From Gekko japonicus (lineage: Eukaryota): a DNA stretch of 64,000 nt. The translations under genes were made by a program, and so were the position numbers. Of this stretch, positions 11,401 through 22,661 are shown in pieces (the first letter of the stretch is position 1; every line of letters begins with the position of its first letter). The stretch lies in the NCBI RefSeq assembly GCF_001447785.1, contig NW_015165833.1, positions 368,382 to 432,381 of the forward strand. The letters are read 5' to 3'. The notes below the pieces were generated by a model. It ran no database searches. It was given only the letters and a program-made list of their open reading frames with translations, and was not told the DNA's origin.

Positions 11401-14400
11401 GCAGATGCATCTCCCCATGAGGCCCACTAAATATGACAGCAATAAAATGGATTTGTAATGGCAACACCCACTAACTGCAGCCATGTCTACTGTGGATGCA
11501 GCCGCTGTTCCCTTGGGCCCACCTAGAAGCAAGTAGAAACAACTTGGAAGGAGTCATGGAATGCTGTTGCAGCATTTATATGCCTAAGACATTTCTTTTC
11601 TACCCAGGGTTGCCAACCTCCAGGCAGAGCCTGGAGATCTCCTGGAATTATAACTATCTACAGAGATCAGTTCCCCTGAAGAAAATGGCTGGTTTGGAGG
11701 GTGGATGTTGTGACATTATACTCCACTGAGTTCCCTCCCCAAACCCCACCTCCCTCAAGCTCCATCCTCAATTTCCCAACCTGGAGTTGGCAACCCTAAA
11801 ATTTCTGCCTTCCTGAGAAGGCTGATGTCACACATGCTGCTTAAGAGCTCCTCTCCCCATGCACAAGAGAAGAGAAGAGAAAAGAGACTGGATTTATACC
11901 CCGCCCTTCACTTGGAGTCTTAGAGCGGCTTACAAACTCCTTTCCCTTCCATCCCCACAACAGACACCATGTGAGGTGGGTGGGGCTGAGAGAACTCTGA
12001 CACAAACTACTCTTTCAGGAACAGCTGTGCCAGAGCTTGTGACTGACCCAAGGTCACATCAGCAGGTGCAAGTGGAGGAGTGGGGAATCAAACCCAGTTC
12101 TCCCAGATTAGAGTCCGCGCACTTAACCACTACACCAAACTGGCTCTCACAAGTGAAAACCAGACGGGAAGTTGGGTGTGCTTGTGCTGGCTTTCAGGAG
12201 TGATTGGTGTCCTTGCACTGAGGTGGATTCCCAGTTGCATCCTAACTTCCCTGTTCATTCCTTATTGCATGGATTCACTGTACGAACCGGAGGGTGAAGA
12301 GTAGCAATTTAAGCGGGTCCTCCATCTGAGGACACTGTTGGGCAATGGCTTCATTTGTCTGAAGCTGACTTGACTTCTCTGCACAAGGACCTGAATTACT
12401 TCATTGTTTTCAATGAAGAAAAGGCCAGGTTCACCTAGAGAGAGAAATATATAGCCTAATTGGTGACCAGCCAGTGAGCCACTGACAGAGAGAGGCTGTT
12501 TTCTAGACATGAAATCCTGGTGTTGATAAGAACCTGCTGTGTTCCAAAGGTTCCTGACCTGCATATCCCAGACTAGCCTGATCTTGTCAGATCTCAGAAG
12601 CTAAGCAGGGTTGGCCCTGGCTAATATTTGGATGGGAGACCTCCAAGGAATAACAGGGTCATGATGCAGAGGCAAGCAAGGGGCAAACCACCTCTGAACA
12701 TCTCTTGCCTTGAGAACCCCACAGGGTCGCCATAAATCAGCTGTGACTGTGACCTGATGGCAAAACCAAACCAAAAAATGTTCCCAAGGAGGTGGCATGT
12801 GATCTTGCTCTACACTGCTAACAAATCTCTCTCTCACTTTCTCTCACTCTCTTCCAGTCAGTACAGAGATGAGCCAGGGGTGTGCCAAAGGATGCGAGCT
12901 GTGCTCTGAATTCAACGGGTGCCTCAAGTGTTCACCGAAACTCTTCATCCTTCTGGAGAGGAATGACATCCGGCAGATTGGAATCTGCCTGCCCTCTTGT
13001 CCCTTGGGCTACTTTGATGTGCGCAACCCAGATATGAACAAATGCATCAGTGAGTGGGGAAGGGGAGGGGAGGGGGGGGATGTTGGAAGGAGTAATTAAC
13101 ACAGCAATGGTGCACAACCTGACTCAAGAGTAGATAAAGGTTTATTTAGGAATTAATATTCTTGATAGGAAAGAGGAGAGACAGAGATAGGTTCCTAACT
13201 ACATCTGTAGTTGAGAGAGAGGGTAAGACTGAATGTGGCACTTCCTAGAAGAAGGGGGAAATGGCCCTGAGAGTAGCAATCTGGAGACAGACAAGGAATG
13301 ACACTTAACAAGAGAGAGAAGGTGCTGACCTCACTGTCCTATCTAATTTTCTTGCTGCGCCCTGCAGGGTCTTCTTCTCTGTACACCAGACATTGCCTTT
13401 TCCAACAGGAGAGAGGGGTGGAGGTCAGTATTTAAGCCTCCCAAGCCAAGTTGGTGGGAAAGGCCACAGCAACATCATTGTCTTGTGAGTGTAAAGGGCC
13501 GTCAAGTCGCTTCTGACTTAGGGAACCCTATGGATGAATGACCACCAAAATATCCTATCATTACCAGCCTGGCTCACGTATTGCGAACTGAAGGCTTCCC
13601 TGACCGAGTCAATTCATCTCATGTTGGATTTTCCTCTTTTCTTACTGCTTTCCACTTTTCTTGCATTATTGCCTTTTCCAGGGAGTTGTCTCCTCATGAT
13701 GTGACCAAAATCTGACAGTCTCAATTTGGTCATTCTAGCTTCTAGGGGGAATTCAGGCTTGATTTGAAGTAGAACCCACTGATTTGTCCTTTTTGACAGT
13801 CTACAGCAAACTCATTTGTTACAAGGGCTGGATCTAATATAAATGAGACTTTGTGGGGCCAGATCATGCGTGTCATAAAATGTAATGCCAGGTAGTGGAG
13901 ATATAAACATTATAAAAGATACAAACACAATTAAAGATTTTTTTACTTAAAATACAAATATGCTTAAAACTCTTGTGGTATTTTGTTTATTTAACAGTGT
14001 TTGATAAATGACACCTCCTAACCCCCCACCACCACCAAAGGTGTCTGCCTAAAATAGAAAGGTGGGGGAATAGTGGGATTTGGCAATGCAATTTTAAAAA
14101 CAAAACATCAAGAAAAAACACAAGGATCACAGCAGAAACTAAAATACAAACTAAAAATATAAAATACTCTGAGCCTAGGAAAACATGAAATGGCTGGGCA
14201 TTGCAAGCTTCTCCCCCCCCCCCAAGGTATACTCAGAGTGGCAGTGGCTGTCCAATGTAATGTTCCCCTTTGGCTGTTGGTTCCCAGGTTAGAGTACTCA
14301 CTCAGGAACCAGTTCTCATGTCCATTCAGCAGAGACAAGCTGGCTCAAAACATCAACCCTGCATTTGCAAGGGGACAACTCAGGCAAGCAGCAGCTTCAG

Positions 14401-17400
14401 CAGTGCAAACACTGGAAAGTGAAACTACTTGAGCTCCACTCCACTGAAATACATGGCAGCACAGCACAGACAAGGTTGCAAAGAAAAGACAGAATGGATT
14501 TCCCAATAAGGTCTCTGGGCCCAGATAGACTACTCTGGGACTGGAATGACAGCCCCCAGAGTGAAACAACAATCCCTGGGAGTAGCAGAAGTGTTCTGGG
14601 ATTGGAATGAGGCCCCCTGGAGTGGAATTCCATCCCCAGAATGCTGCTGCTACTCCCAGGGAATGCTCTCCCCAAGCTGTGGAGTCTTGGATGCAAAAAT
14701 TCTAATTTCTGAGCAACTGGTGAGCAATCCGGCTACTGCATAAATTAGTTTGCTCTGGAGCCATCCTTCCTGAGCTAAGGCGAAAATGGGTGAGCCAGAG
14801 GCTAAAGAACTGTGAGCTAGCTCACACTAACTCAGCTTAGAGGGAACACTGCTCCCAGGGGCTCTCATTCACTCTGTACCCCGTCATTCCGGTCCCAGAA
14901 CACAGATTCTATTGCTAGGGACCATCATTGTACTCTGGGGGCTGTCATTCCAGTCCCAGAGCACTGTTTATATTGCTGGAAACAATCCCAGAGTAGTCTA
15001 TCTAGGTGCAGAGACTTTAATGGAAAAATCCATTCCGTATTTTCTTTGTAACTTTGCAAGCCCAGAAGAGCTTCCTGCTGCAGGCAAAGACAAGATGGAG
15101 GGAGCTGGGAATTTCCACAGCCTCAAGCTTCAAAGGGTGAGGACAGGAGAGGGAGGAGGCAGGAAGAGCCATGAGCCTGATTAAAGCCATGGGTGGGCTG
15201 CTTTCGGCCTGCGGGCCTTAAGTTCGACACCTCTGGTCTACAGTACATGCAAAATTTCCCTCCGACACCACATTTCAAACAACATTGGCTACAGTCATAT
15301 GGAGCATTAGCCACGCTACAGAGACGGAAGATAGGCGGATTTTCCAGGCGCAATCACACCGCAACATCTGGGAAGCGTAGAGCTCCCGTGGCGAACCGAA
15401 GGCTTCCCACTGAAGATGCGGAGTTAAAAACTAGTACCTCCGAGGTACTAGTTTCCGGAAACCATGGGGCAAGGGCTGGCGTCTGATCGTGTTTCCGGTG
15501 GTGGCATCTGGCGCCCGCCCATGTCCCTTCGCAAACAGGGTTTTTCCCCCAAAATCTCCACAAGATGTGCACAAGCACCCAATGGCGCATGTGCACAAAA
15601 AGGAAAGCGAAAGTTCCGTTTCGGCTTTTAAAAAAAATGACCCCGTTTGTCACGGCAGTGGCGCCTAGCCACTGCTGGTGTGATCACGCCGCGCCGCTTC
15701 TTTGCCGTGCTGCAGGATCGTTGTGTGATTGCCACTCTCGTTTACCCGCCGGCGCTGAGGAAAGGACCCGTGGTGTGCTGCCGGTGCGTCTGATCACGTA
15801 ATCGCGGATCAAACTGCACCAGGGCAATTAGCCACGCCTCCTCCCCGCAATATCCGGCCTGTGTGACCGGGGCCATTGTCTTGTAAAAGTTTTGAATTCA
15901 TCGTTTTTCCTTATTGATAGCTTGCTATTGCTCAGATTGTTTTCAATGTGGCACCAGAAACCAAAGACGTATCCCTACTTTTGCCATTTATTTTCACCTA
16001 AAATCTCCTTTTTGCAGCTCCAGTGGAATTTTTAAAAAATCTGGTGGGCTTTTCATGAGTTCCTTTCAACCAATTTTCATCCTGTGAGATGAGGAGAGAA
16101 AATGTGTTATCCATATAAGAACATGCTATGGACCCTGGCCACAGGCTCCATAGGTTTGCAGAAGTTCCCAAAGAACTGACATGAGAGATCTGGGTTTACT
16201 TATGAGGAGAGCGTTACTGACACATCACAGTTATCAAAGCAGATTCAGGGCTCAGATCCAATCAGCTGGCCTCGAGACGCGCATGCACATGCAGCGGAGC
16301 TGAGCCAAACCCTTGAGACCAAGAGCATAACCTTCACCCTTGGGAGGTCCAGGAGGTGAGTTTGCTAGCACGCCACCATAAACTGGAAGAGCCCATTTTG
16401 AGCCTTTTTGTTATGGCAATTTTCACTGCTGGTTTCCATTTTGTTTGGATTTTTAATGCCATCTTTCCACCATAACTGTTGTATGACATTTATACAATAT
16501 TTATATACTAGAAATAAGGCCCGTTGTGGAAATAAATACAACGAACTCTAGAAAGATCCCAGCTATCCCAAACACTTGGATGAGCCAGGCCATCTCACAC
16601 CTGGCTTCCAGTGGGTGGAAGAAACAACCATGCCTTCAAGATAAGGCTCTGTTGACAAGCATGAGAGTGAGAATGTTCCCCAGAAAGCAGCTCATGCTGT
16701 CCTCTCCCAGGAGACTCAAGGCTACTACGGAGTTACCCAGGGCAATACAGAGGGCTGAGATCCTCTAAAGTAGCATGTCTTCCACTGGAGGAGGAACCAG
16801 CGCGCCATTGTCCCTCCCCACAAACTGTTATCTGGATGTCTTTACTTCCTATTTATTTGCTTCATTTATACCCCACCTTTCTCCCCAATGGGGACCTGAA
16901 GCAGCTTATGTTGTTCTCTTCTCCATTTTATCTTCACAATAACCCTATGAAATAGCTGGGGCTAAGAATATGGGACTGGCCCAAAGTCACCCTGCAAACT
17001 TCCATGGCAGATTGGGGATTTGAACCCAGGTCTGAATCAGCCCCTTGGTCCATCAAAGTCAATATTGTCTGCTCAGACTGGCAGCAGCTCTCCAGGATCT
17101 CAGGCAGAGGTCTTTCACGTCATCTATTGCCAGATCCTCTAGCTGGAGATGCTGGGGATTGAACCTGGGACCTTTTGCATGTCCAGCAGAGACTCTGCCA
17201 CTGAGGCACACACCCCTCCCCTTTGTGCCTCTTTGTGGTAGTGTACCTTCAGCCTTAGTTTCAGCAGAACTCTTCCTACAAAGTCATCAACATGGGTGGT
17301 GGTGGTGGGGGGGGAAACAGCCATCTGAGGCAATTGTTGCATTCCTCAAGTAGGCAGGAGACAAGGCTGATCCAGGACTTCTTTCTCCTCTCCTCATTCT

Positions 17401-20400
17401 GGGATGGCCCCACATGAAACAAGTGAGCTCTCCTGGCCACTGTCTTTTGATGGAAGCCAAACTACGGGCATCGTAAGCAAGAAACGTTACATTTGAAGGG
17501 CTAATTTGAGCTCTCTTGTTTTATTTTCCTCCCATTGGACACAGAATGCAAAATTGAGAACTGTGAGGACTGTTTCAGCAGAAACTTTTGCACAAAGTGT
17601 AAGGAAGGCTTGTTCTTGCACAAAGGGAGGTGTTACACAGCCTGTCCCGAAGGCTCCTTTGCTGCCAACGGCACTATAGAATGCAGCGGTCCTGGTGAGT
17701 CATGTGATCTGGCGGGGAAGCAGGGCAGGGTTGCCAGCTCCAGGTTGGGAAATACCAGGAGATTTGGGGGATGGAGTCTGCGGAGGGTGGGGAGGGACTA
17801 CAATAGCATACATTGCCATAGAGTCCACCTTCCAAAGCAGGTATGTTCTCCAGGGGAACTGATCTCTGTCGCTTGGAGGTCAGTTGTAATAGCGAGAGAT
17901 CTCCATCTACCACCTGGAGGTTAAAGTCAACCACGAATGGGTGTACAGCATAGGCAAGTATGCAAAGCACCAAAAAATACTGTACAAATAAAGTATTAGA
18001 CAATAAATTGTGTCCTTAAAATGAATTAGTATTTCCTTTTGCAGTCCTTCTTCACAGAAGTTATTCACCACTCCCTTTTTGTCTCTAAACAGAGTCACAA
18101 ATGAAGCGGCTATGGATCGCCTAGGTTGCCGCCCATTTCCTCTGTCTGCTTCCGGCCACTGTCTCAATGGTGGGCCCAGCAAGAGAGCCAAATTGAAGCA
18201 AGATAGACTGCAAAAGCAGAGTTAACATCTAGAACTTTTAGGGCTCCACCACTGAGACAGCAGCCTGAAGCAGTCAGAGGAAATGGACAGCAACCTAGGC
18301 GATCCATAGCTACTTCATTTGTGACTGTGTTTAGAGACAAAATGGGAGTGGTGAGAAAGGACTGTAAAAGAAAATACTAATTCATTTTAAGGACACAATT
18401 TGTTGTCTAATGCTTTATTTGTATAGTATTTTTGGTGGTTTGCATACCACCTGGAGCTTGGCAACACTAGGGCAGAGGGCAGTCAGTCTGCCTCTGCTGA
18501 TAGCTCAAGCCCATTTTGCCTGGGGGGGGGGGGCAAGAGAACAGGTTGAGATGCTTTTGCTGGACTCCTCCCCTCCCCACAAAACCCCCACATTTCTTTA
18601 GGCTACTTTTCCTAAACAGACATCTTCTCAGAGGTAGAGGTGACTGGAAAAGCTTGGAAGTTTCCTGAGACAGAAGCAGAACTTCAAGCTCAAAGTTGGA
18701 AAATACCTGGAGATTTGGGGGGGGGGGTTGAACCTAAGGAGAGCAGGGTTTGGGGCATAAAGAGTCCAACTTCTGAGGCAGCCATTTTATCCAGGGGAAC
18801 TGATCTCTGTTGCCTGGAGATCAGTTGTAATAGTGGGAGATCTCCAGCTACCACCTGGAGGTTGGCAACCCTATGCAGAAGGCCAAAATGGCCTCCAGCT
18901 GGGCTTAGGGTTGTCAACTCCAGCTTGGGAAGTTCCTGGAGATTTAGTGGGTGGTGCCTAGGAAAGGATCGCAGTGGGCATGTAATGGCATAGAATCTAC
19001 CCTTCAAAGCTGAAGTTTCCTTCTGGGGAACTCACATCTCTGTAGTCTGGAGCAATGCTGCCTCTACGCTGTGGAGTCTTGTGAGCAAAAATTCTACTTT
19101 GTGAGCTACTAACATTAAAGTTGTGAGGAAGCTATTTGGCTACTGCATAAATTAGTTTGCTCTGGAGCCACCCTTCCTGAGGTAAGACAAAAATGTGTGA
19201 GCCTGAGGCTAAAAAACTATGAACTAGCTCACACTTACTCAGCTTAGAGGAAACACTAGTCTGGAGATCCATTGTAATTTTGCAAGAACTTTGGACCTTC
19301 CCTGGAGGTTAGTAACCCAAGGAAATGCAGGAATTTTGAAGGGAAGGAAGGCTTTAGAGTACATGCTAGGCCAAGTACCTGCAGAGTAGGAGAACAACGT
19401 CAGCCAGATGTTATGCAGCTGCTGATAGTCAGGCCAGTGAGCAAGGCAAGTACCATGTTGATCTTCTGTCTCTCCTGCCATGTCGATCTTTCACTATCCA
19501 CATCTGGATGGATATCAGTAATGCTGAGGGAGGCATACTCCTAATTTTTCAGAAACCCCACACCTCTTTCAGACTTTTACTCAACCAAGGATGAGCAGGG
19601 CAGTGGGAGCCCATCGAAGCATCTCAGTGTTCCAAAATGGGTGTGTGTGTGTGTGGGGGAGGTGCTGCTATTTGGGGTGATGGCTACTTCTCCCAAGCAA
19701 GCAAGCTGAAATGAAGACAAGGTTTTTTTCCTTCTCTTCTTTGGGGCAGCACAATGTGAAATGAGCGAGTGGGGTCCATGGGGCCCTTGCTCCAAGAGAA
19801 AAAAACGGTGCGGCTTCAGGAGGGGCAACGAAGGGCGTTCCCGCAAGATCCTCCAGGCCCCTACCGGGGATGTGTCCTTGTGTCCAGCCACCACAGAGCT
19901 CCGGAGATGCACGGTGCAGAGGACCCAGTGTCCAGAAGGTGAGTAAGGTGCCATCTAACCCCACTGAGACCCCATCCCTTCATTGGCAGGAACACTTGGT
20001 CAGATAGACATGGTCCATTTCTGTTTGTGTTACCCACTGGGAAGCATGGGCGGGTGAAAAGTACGCAGATGGACAAGTGATTCAGCTTAGCATACTTTAT
20101 TAGTGCAGAACAAGACAACTTTAGCCGGCTTGCAGGCTTATATCCCCCGTGAATCCACCACCCAGAACACCCCCCCACTTCCCAATAGGTCCTAACTAGT
20201 GGCCGAGAGTCCCATAGGCATTCGGCCCGGAGCCTAGCCCTCTGATTGGTGCAGGCTAGGATCCACATCGTCCTTTGTTTATTGGAGCGAAGCTCGACGC
20301 TTGCGCTTGACCGTGTGGCGCCCAAGCTGACCACGCAGTCAGAACATGATACATTAGTGTTCTGCACTAATAAAATAGGTTTAAAAGTGCACACCCATTA

Positions 20401-22218
20401 CAGATCTCTCTCCTCCTGCCTGCACATCTAAAAACAAAAAAATGCTGCCACACAGGCCTAAGATGACTGTAGAACACATCCACTTTGGTTTCACTTCTGA
20501 GTCAGCTGTTGGTCCATCAGAAATTTTCCACACACCCTCTGCAGGCCCAAGGGGCTGGAGCCTCCCTTCCATTCTGAAGCACTGTTTATTTTCAGGCCTT
20601 TTGCTGATTAGGACCTTGCATGGGACAAACACATTTGGAGCCAGAATAATAATTATGTGCTGTCATGTCTCAACCAACGTATGGCAAGCACAGGGCCACG
20701 GGCTTTCTAAGGCAAGTGATGAACAGAGGTGATTTGTCATTCCCTGCCTCTGCATAGCAACCCCAATCTTCTTTGGCGATCTCCCATCCAAGTACTAATA
20801 GTGGGCAACCCTGCTTTACACTCCCACTCTCTGATGTGATCAGGTTAGGCAGCATGATCAGGCTGCTGTTGGGCTCCAGCATTAAAATCTATGAAAGGCA
20901 CTTCTTTGGACTAGCTGCATCAAGGCCGGAGCCCACCCTGGAAGTTTCCTGGGGTTTTGCTCTATGGTGGAGGTTCCAGCTCAAGCTCCTTGAATGGAGT
21001 AGAGGCCTGACCTGGCTGGCCCAGGATAGTCTGATCTCATCAGATCTTGGAAGTTAAGCAGGATTTGCCCAGGTTAGTATTTGGAGAGGAGACCACCAAG
21101 CAAGCCTAGGGTTGCTATGCAGAGGCAGGTGATGGCAAACCACCTCTGCTTATCTCTTGCCTTGAAAATCCTACAGCATTGCCATAAACTGGCTGTGACC
21201 TGATGGCACTTTATGCACCCACAATGGAATAGAGCCGCTCAGCAGAAGAGTAGCCGGTGTCCAAGGCCAAGCATTCCCACCCAACAGAATTCATGTCTTG
21301 GAAAATGTTTGCCCCTGAGTGGTGTATGTTCTGGATTGAGACTGCAGAACTCCCCACAACCAGCTGCCAATAACTCTTATCAGTCGGACATGTATATCCA
21401 TCCCTCTTCTGAAATCATGTTGGCTGGTAGCTTCATGCCTGAAATTGCAATGGTGGAAAGGTCACGTGCTCAGTAACCCCCTGCTTTTGTCAGGTATTTT
21501 TGTAGCATCTCCCCNNNNNNNNNNNNNNNNNNNNNNNNNNNNNNNNNCAGGGTTTACCTCTCCATGACCCTCTGGCACAACCACCAGCCAATCTGTCAAA
21601 CCAGTAGGGACTCGGCTCTCACTCGCCTATCTACTCCCATCTTCCTTGCCAGTCCCTCATAGCTAGGTTGGTACAATCAAGGCAGGCCTCTCATCAACCC
21701 AGCCCCCTTGGGTGCAGGCAACATCAGGTCTGTCGTGCTTCCCTAGAGCAAGGCATGAAACTGTGCCCTGTGACAGCTCATCCAACACAATCAATGTTGC
21801 TTTTCAAAGTCAGGTGGGATACAAGAGCCTATAGTAGTATCTGTAGAGGCAGCTAATGGGGGCTTAAAGGATAGGTGACCACCAAAGAGCATTACTGCCC
21901 CTTACAGAAAATACCAGAGGAGAAGGCCATCTCTCTGTCTTTGTTGGCTAGGATACAGGCCTCATGTTAGGGTGCAGATTCCACATTTTCAGAATCCTTA
22001 ACATTTTCCTGCTCAGCAGGTGAAGTGTTTTGTTCAACCAATTCATCTGCCCCTTTCACTTTGCTCCAGGACAGAAAAAGAAAAAAGAAGACCAAGGCAG
22101 GCGAGACAACACGAACGAGGAGATAAACCGAAAAGATGCCAAAGACAGCAGGTCTGGGGGCAAGAGGAGGAAAGGCCAACTAAGGGGAACGGTTGTGCCA
22201 GTGACTTCTGCTCAGTAG
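5318..22218 (+). CDS. RSPO1: R-spondin-1, spliced CDS: join(5318-5420,12858-13049,17545-17694,19750-19938,22070-22218), 783 nt, 260 aa
   Basis: Signal peptide plus KGKRQRR, two furin-like Cys-rich repeats ([32 protein letters not shown]; [18 protein letters not shown]), TSP1 domain ([12 protein letters not shown]), basic tail. All introns GT-AG, phase 1; neighbours match the RSPO1 locus. Confidence 0.97.
8706..8916. mobile_element. hAT MITE family B (TAGGGTTGCCAA TIR); other copies near 1450-1610, 2073-2293, 4506-4695, 6435-6606, 8088-8277, 10000-10213, 10810-11000, 11108-11330, 11606-11798, 17727-18470, 18690-19320, 33724-34097
   Basis: TAGGGTTGCCAA...TTGGCAACCCTA TIRs, perfect 8-bp TSD GGCTGGAT, shared core AAAATGGCTGCTTTGGAGGGTGGACTCT. 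Confidence 0.85.
11868..12148 (-). mobile_element. tRNA-derived SINE (Squam3-like); other copies ~6050-6265 (+), 7698-7982 (-), 16850-17035 (-), 23230-23450 (+), 30958-31194 (-), 49155-49365 (-)
   Basis: A box TGGTGTAGTGG, B-box-like GGTTTGATTCC, body CACCTCACA..GTGTCTGTTGTGGGG, simple-repeat tail. Confidence 0.8.
12566..12762 (+). mobile_element. 5S rRNA-derived SINE; other copies ~9424-9597, 21007-21215, 22849-23060, 45258-45466, 47553-47750, 52197-52400 (+) and 144-468, 20665-20870, 32125-32785, 51803-51910 (-)
   Basis: Head matches 5S rRNA (GATCTCGGAAGCTAAGCAGGGT..CCTGGTTAGTA.TTGGATGGGAGACC), followed by a non-5S tail (GGCAAACCACCTCTG). Confidence 0.85.
12858..13049 (+). CDS. RSPO1: RSPO1 coding exon 2 (furin-like repeat 1)
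   Basis: Pyrimidine tract + CAG acceptor; [13 protein letters not shown]...NKCI; donor A|GTGAGT; 192 nt. Confidence 0.97.
13081..13407 (-). mobile_element. Solo LTR in RSPO1 intron 2
   Basis: TGTTGGAA...TTCCAACA termini, imperfect TSD GGGGA/GGAGA, minus-strand AATAAA at 13141-13146. Confidence 0.7.
13490..13800 (-). mobile_element. RTE-like LINE 3' fragment
   Basis: Minus strand resembles an RTE ORF2 end (FGHIMRR...GKVE.SKKRGK...RW); degenerate. Confidence 0.5.
14661..14851. mobile_element. hAT MITE family A
   Basis: Perfect TSD CTCCCAGG; inserted at the centre of an older palindromic element (~14470-15057). Confidence 0.85.
15287..15874. mobile_element. PIF/Harbinger-type MITE
   Basis: GGC..GTCA termini ending TGTGACCGGGGCC, 3-bp TSD ATT; related to 32185-32692 in the opposite orientation. 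Confidence 0.75.
17545..17694 (+). CDS. RSPO1: RSPO1 coding exon 3 (furin-like repeat 2)
   Basis: CAG acceptor; [15 protein letters not shown]...NGTIECSGP; donor G|GTGAGT; 150 nt. Confidence 0.97.
17920..18444. repeat. Long foldback inverted repeat flanked by a 12-bp direct repeat
   Basis: Arms ~17958-18177 and ~18241-18447 are imperfect reverse complements; TACCACCTGGAG at 17908-17919 and 18445-18456. Confidence 0.8.
19053..19258. mobile_element. hAT MITE family A
   Basis: Perfect TSD GTCTGGAG; nested in a family B MITE. Confidence 0.85.
19750..19938 (+). CDS. RSPO1: RSPO1 coding exon 4 (thrombospondin type 1 domain)
   Basis: [14 protein letters not shown]...RTQCPE; donor G|GTGAGT; 189 nt. 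Confidence 0.97.
20028..20402 (-). mobile_element. LTR-like element in RSPO1 intron 4
   Basis: Minus strand TGTAA...TAACA, with CCAAT, GATATAAG and AATAAA in LTR order; CpG-rich; no TSD found. Confidence 0.5.
21515..21547. other. Assembly gap (33 N) in RSPO1 intron 4
   Basis: Run of N. Confidence 0.99.
22070..22218 (+). CDS. RSPO1: RSPO1 coding exon 5 (basic C-terminal region)
   Basis: CTCCAG acceptor; [12 protein letters not shown]...[10 protein letters not shown], stop TAG 22216-22218. Confidence 0.93.
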
Positions 22219-22655
22219 CTGTCCCTCCACAATGGTGCGATGGCAAAACTTCATTGCTGCTATGTACATGGAAACTTTAGTGAACCAGGACACTGCACCA
22301 TGGCACCACAAGAGACACAGCTGGACTCAGTCCACAGGCACCAGCCCACATCTATTCAACATGTATCTGAAACATGCCTGTTCCTTGGGAGAGCAACGAA
22401 GGACTCTCCTGGGTGACCCATAAGCACCACGGGCTTTCTGCTGGGATATTAAGGGGAAAAGAATATTTCCAGCCAGAAGAGACGGAACATCCCCAGCTGA
22501 AGTGACTGGGACAGAAGCGAGTTTCTGATGCAGAGGAGGAGACTGGAAGCCACTTGTTCGAAGCCTGGAACTGCACAGCCATTGCTTTTGTGTCTCAAGC
22601 TATGTTGTTGATAATATATTTTAAATGTTTGTGATAAACATTCAAAACATTTCAG

Positions 22656-22661
22656 AATAAA
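22656..22661 (+). terminator. Probable RSPO1 polyadenylation signal
   Basis: AATAAA about 440 nt after the RSPO1 stop codon. Confidence 0.55.

Noticed and set aside
12060-12148. tRNA gene
   Set aside because: The A/B boxes belong to a multi-copy SINE; no proper cloverleaf.
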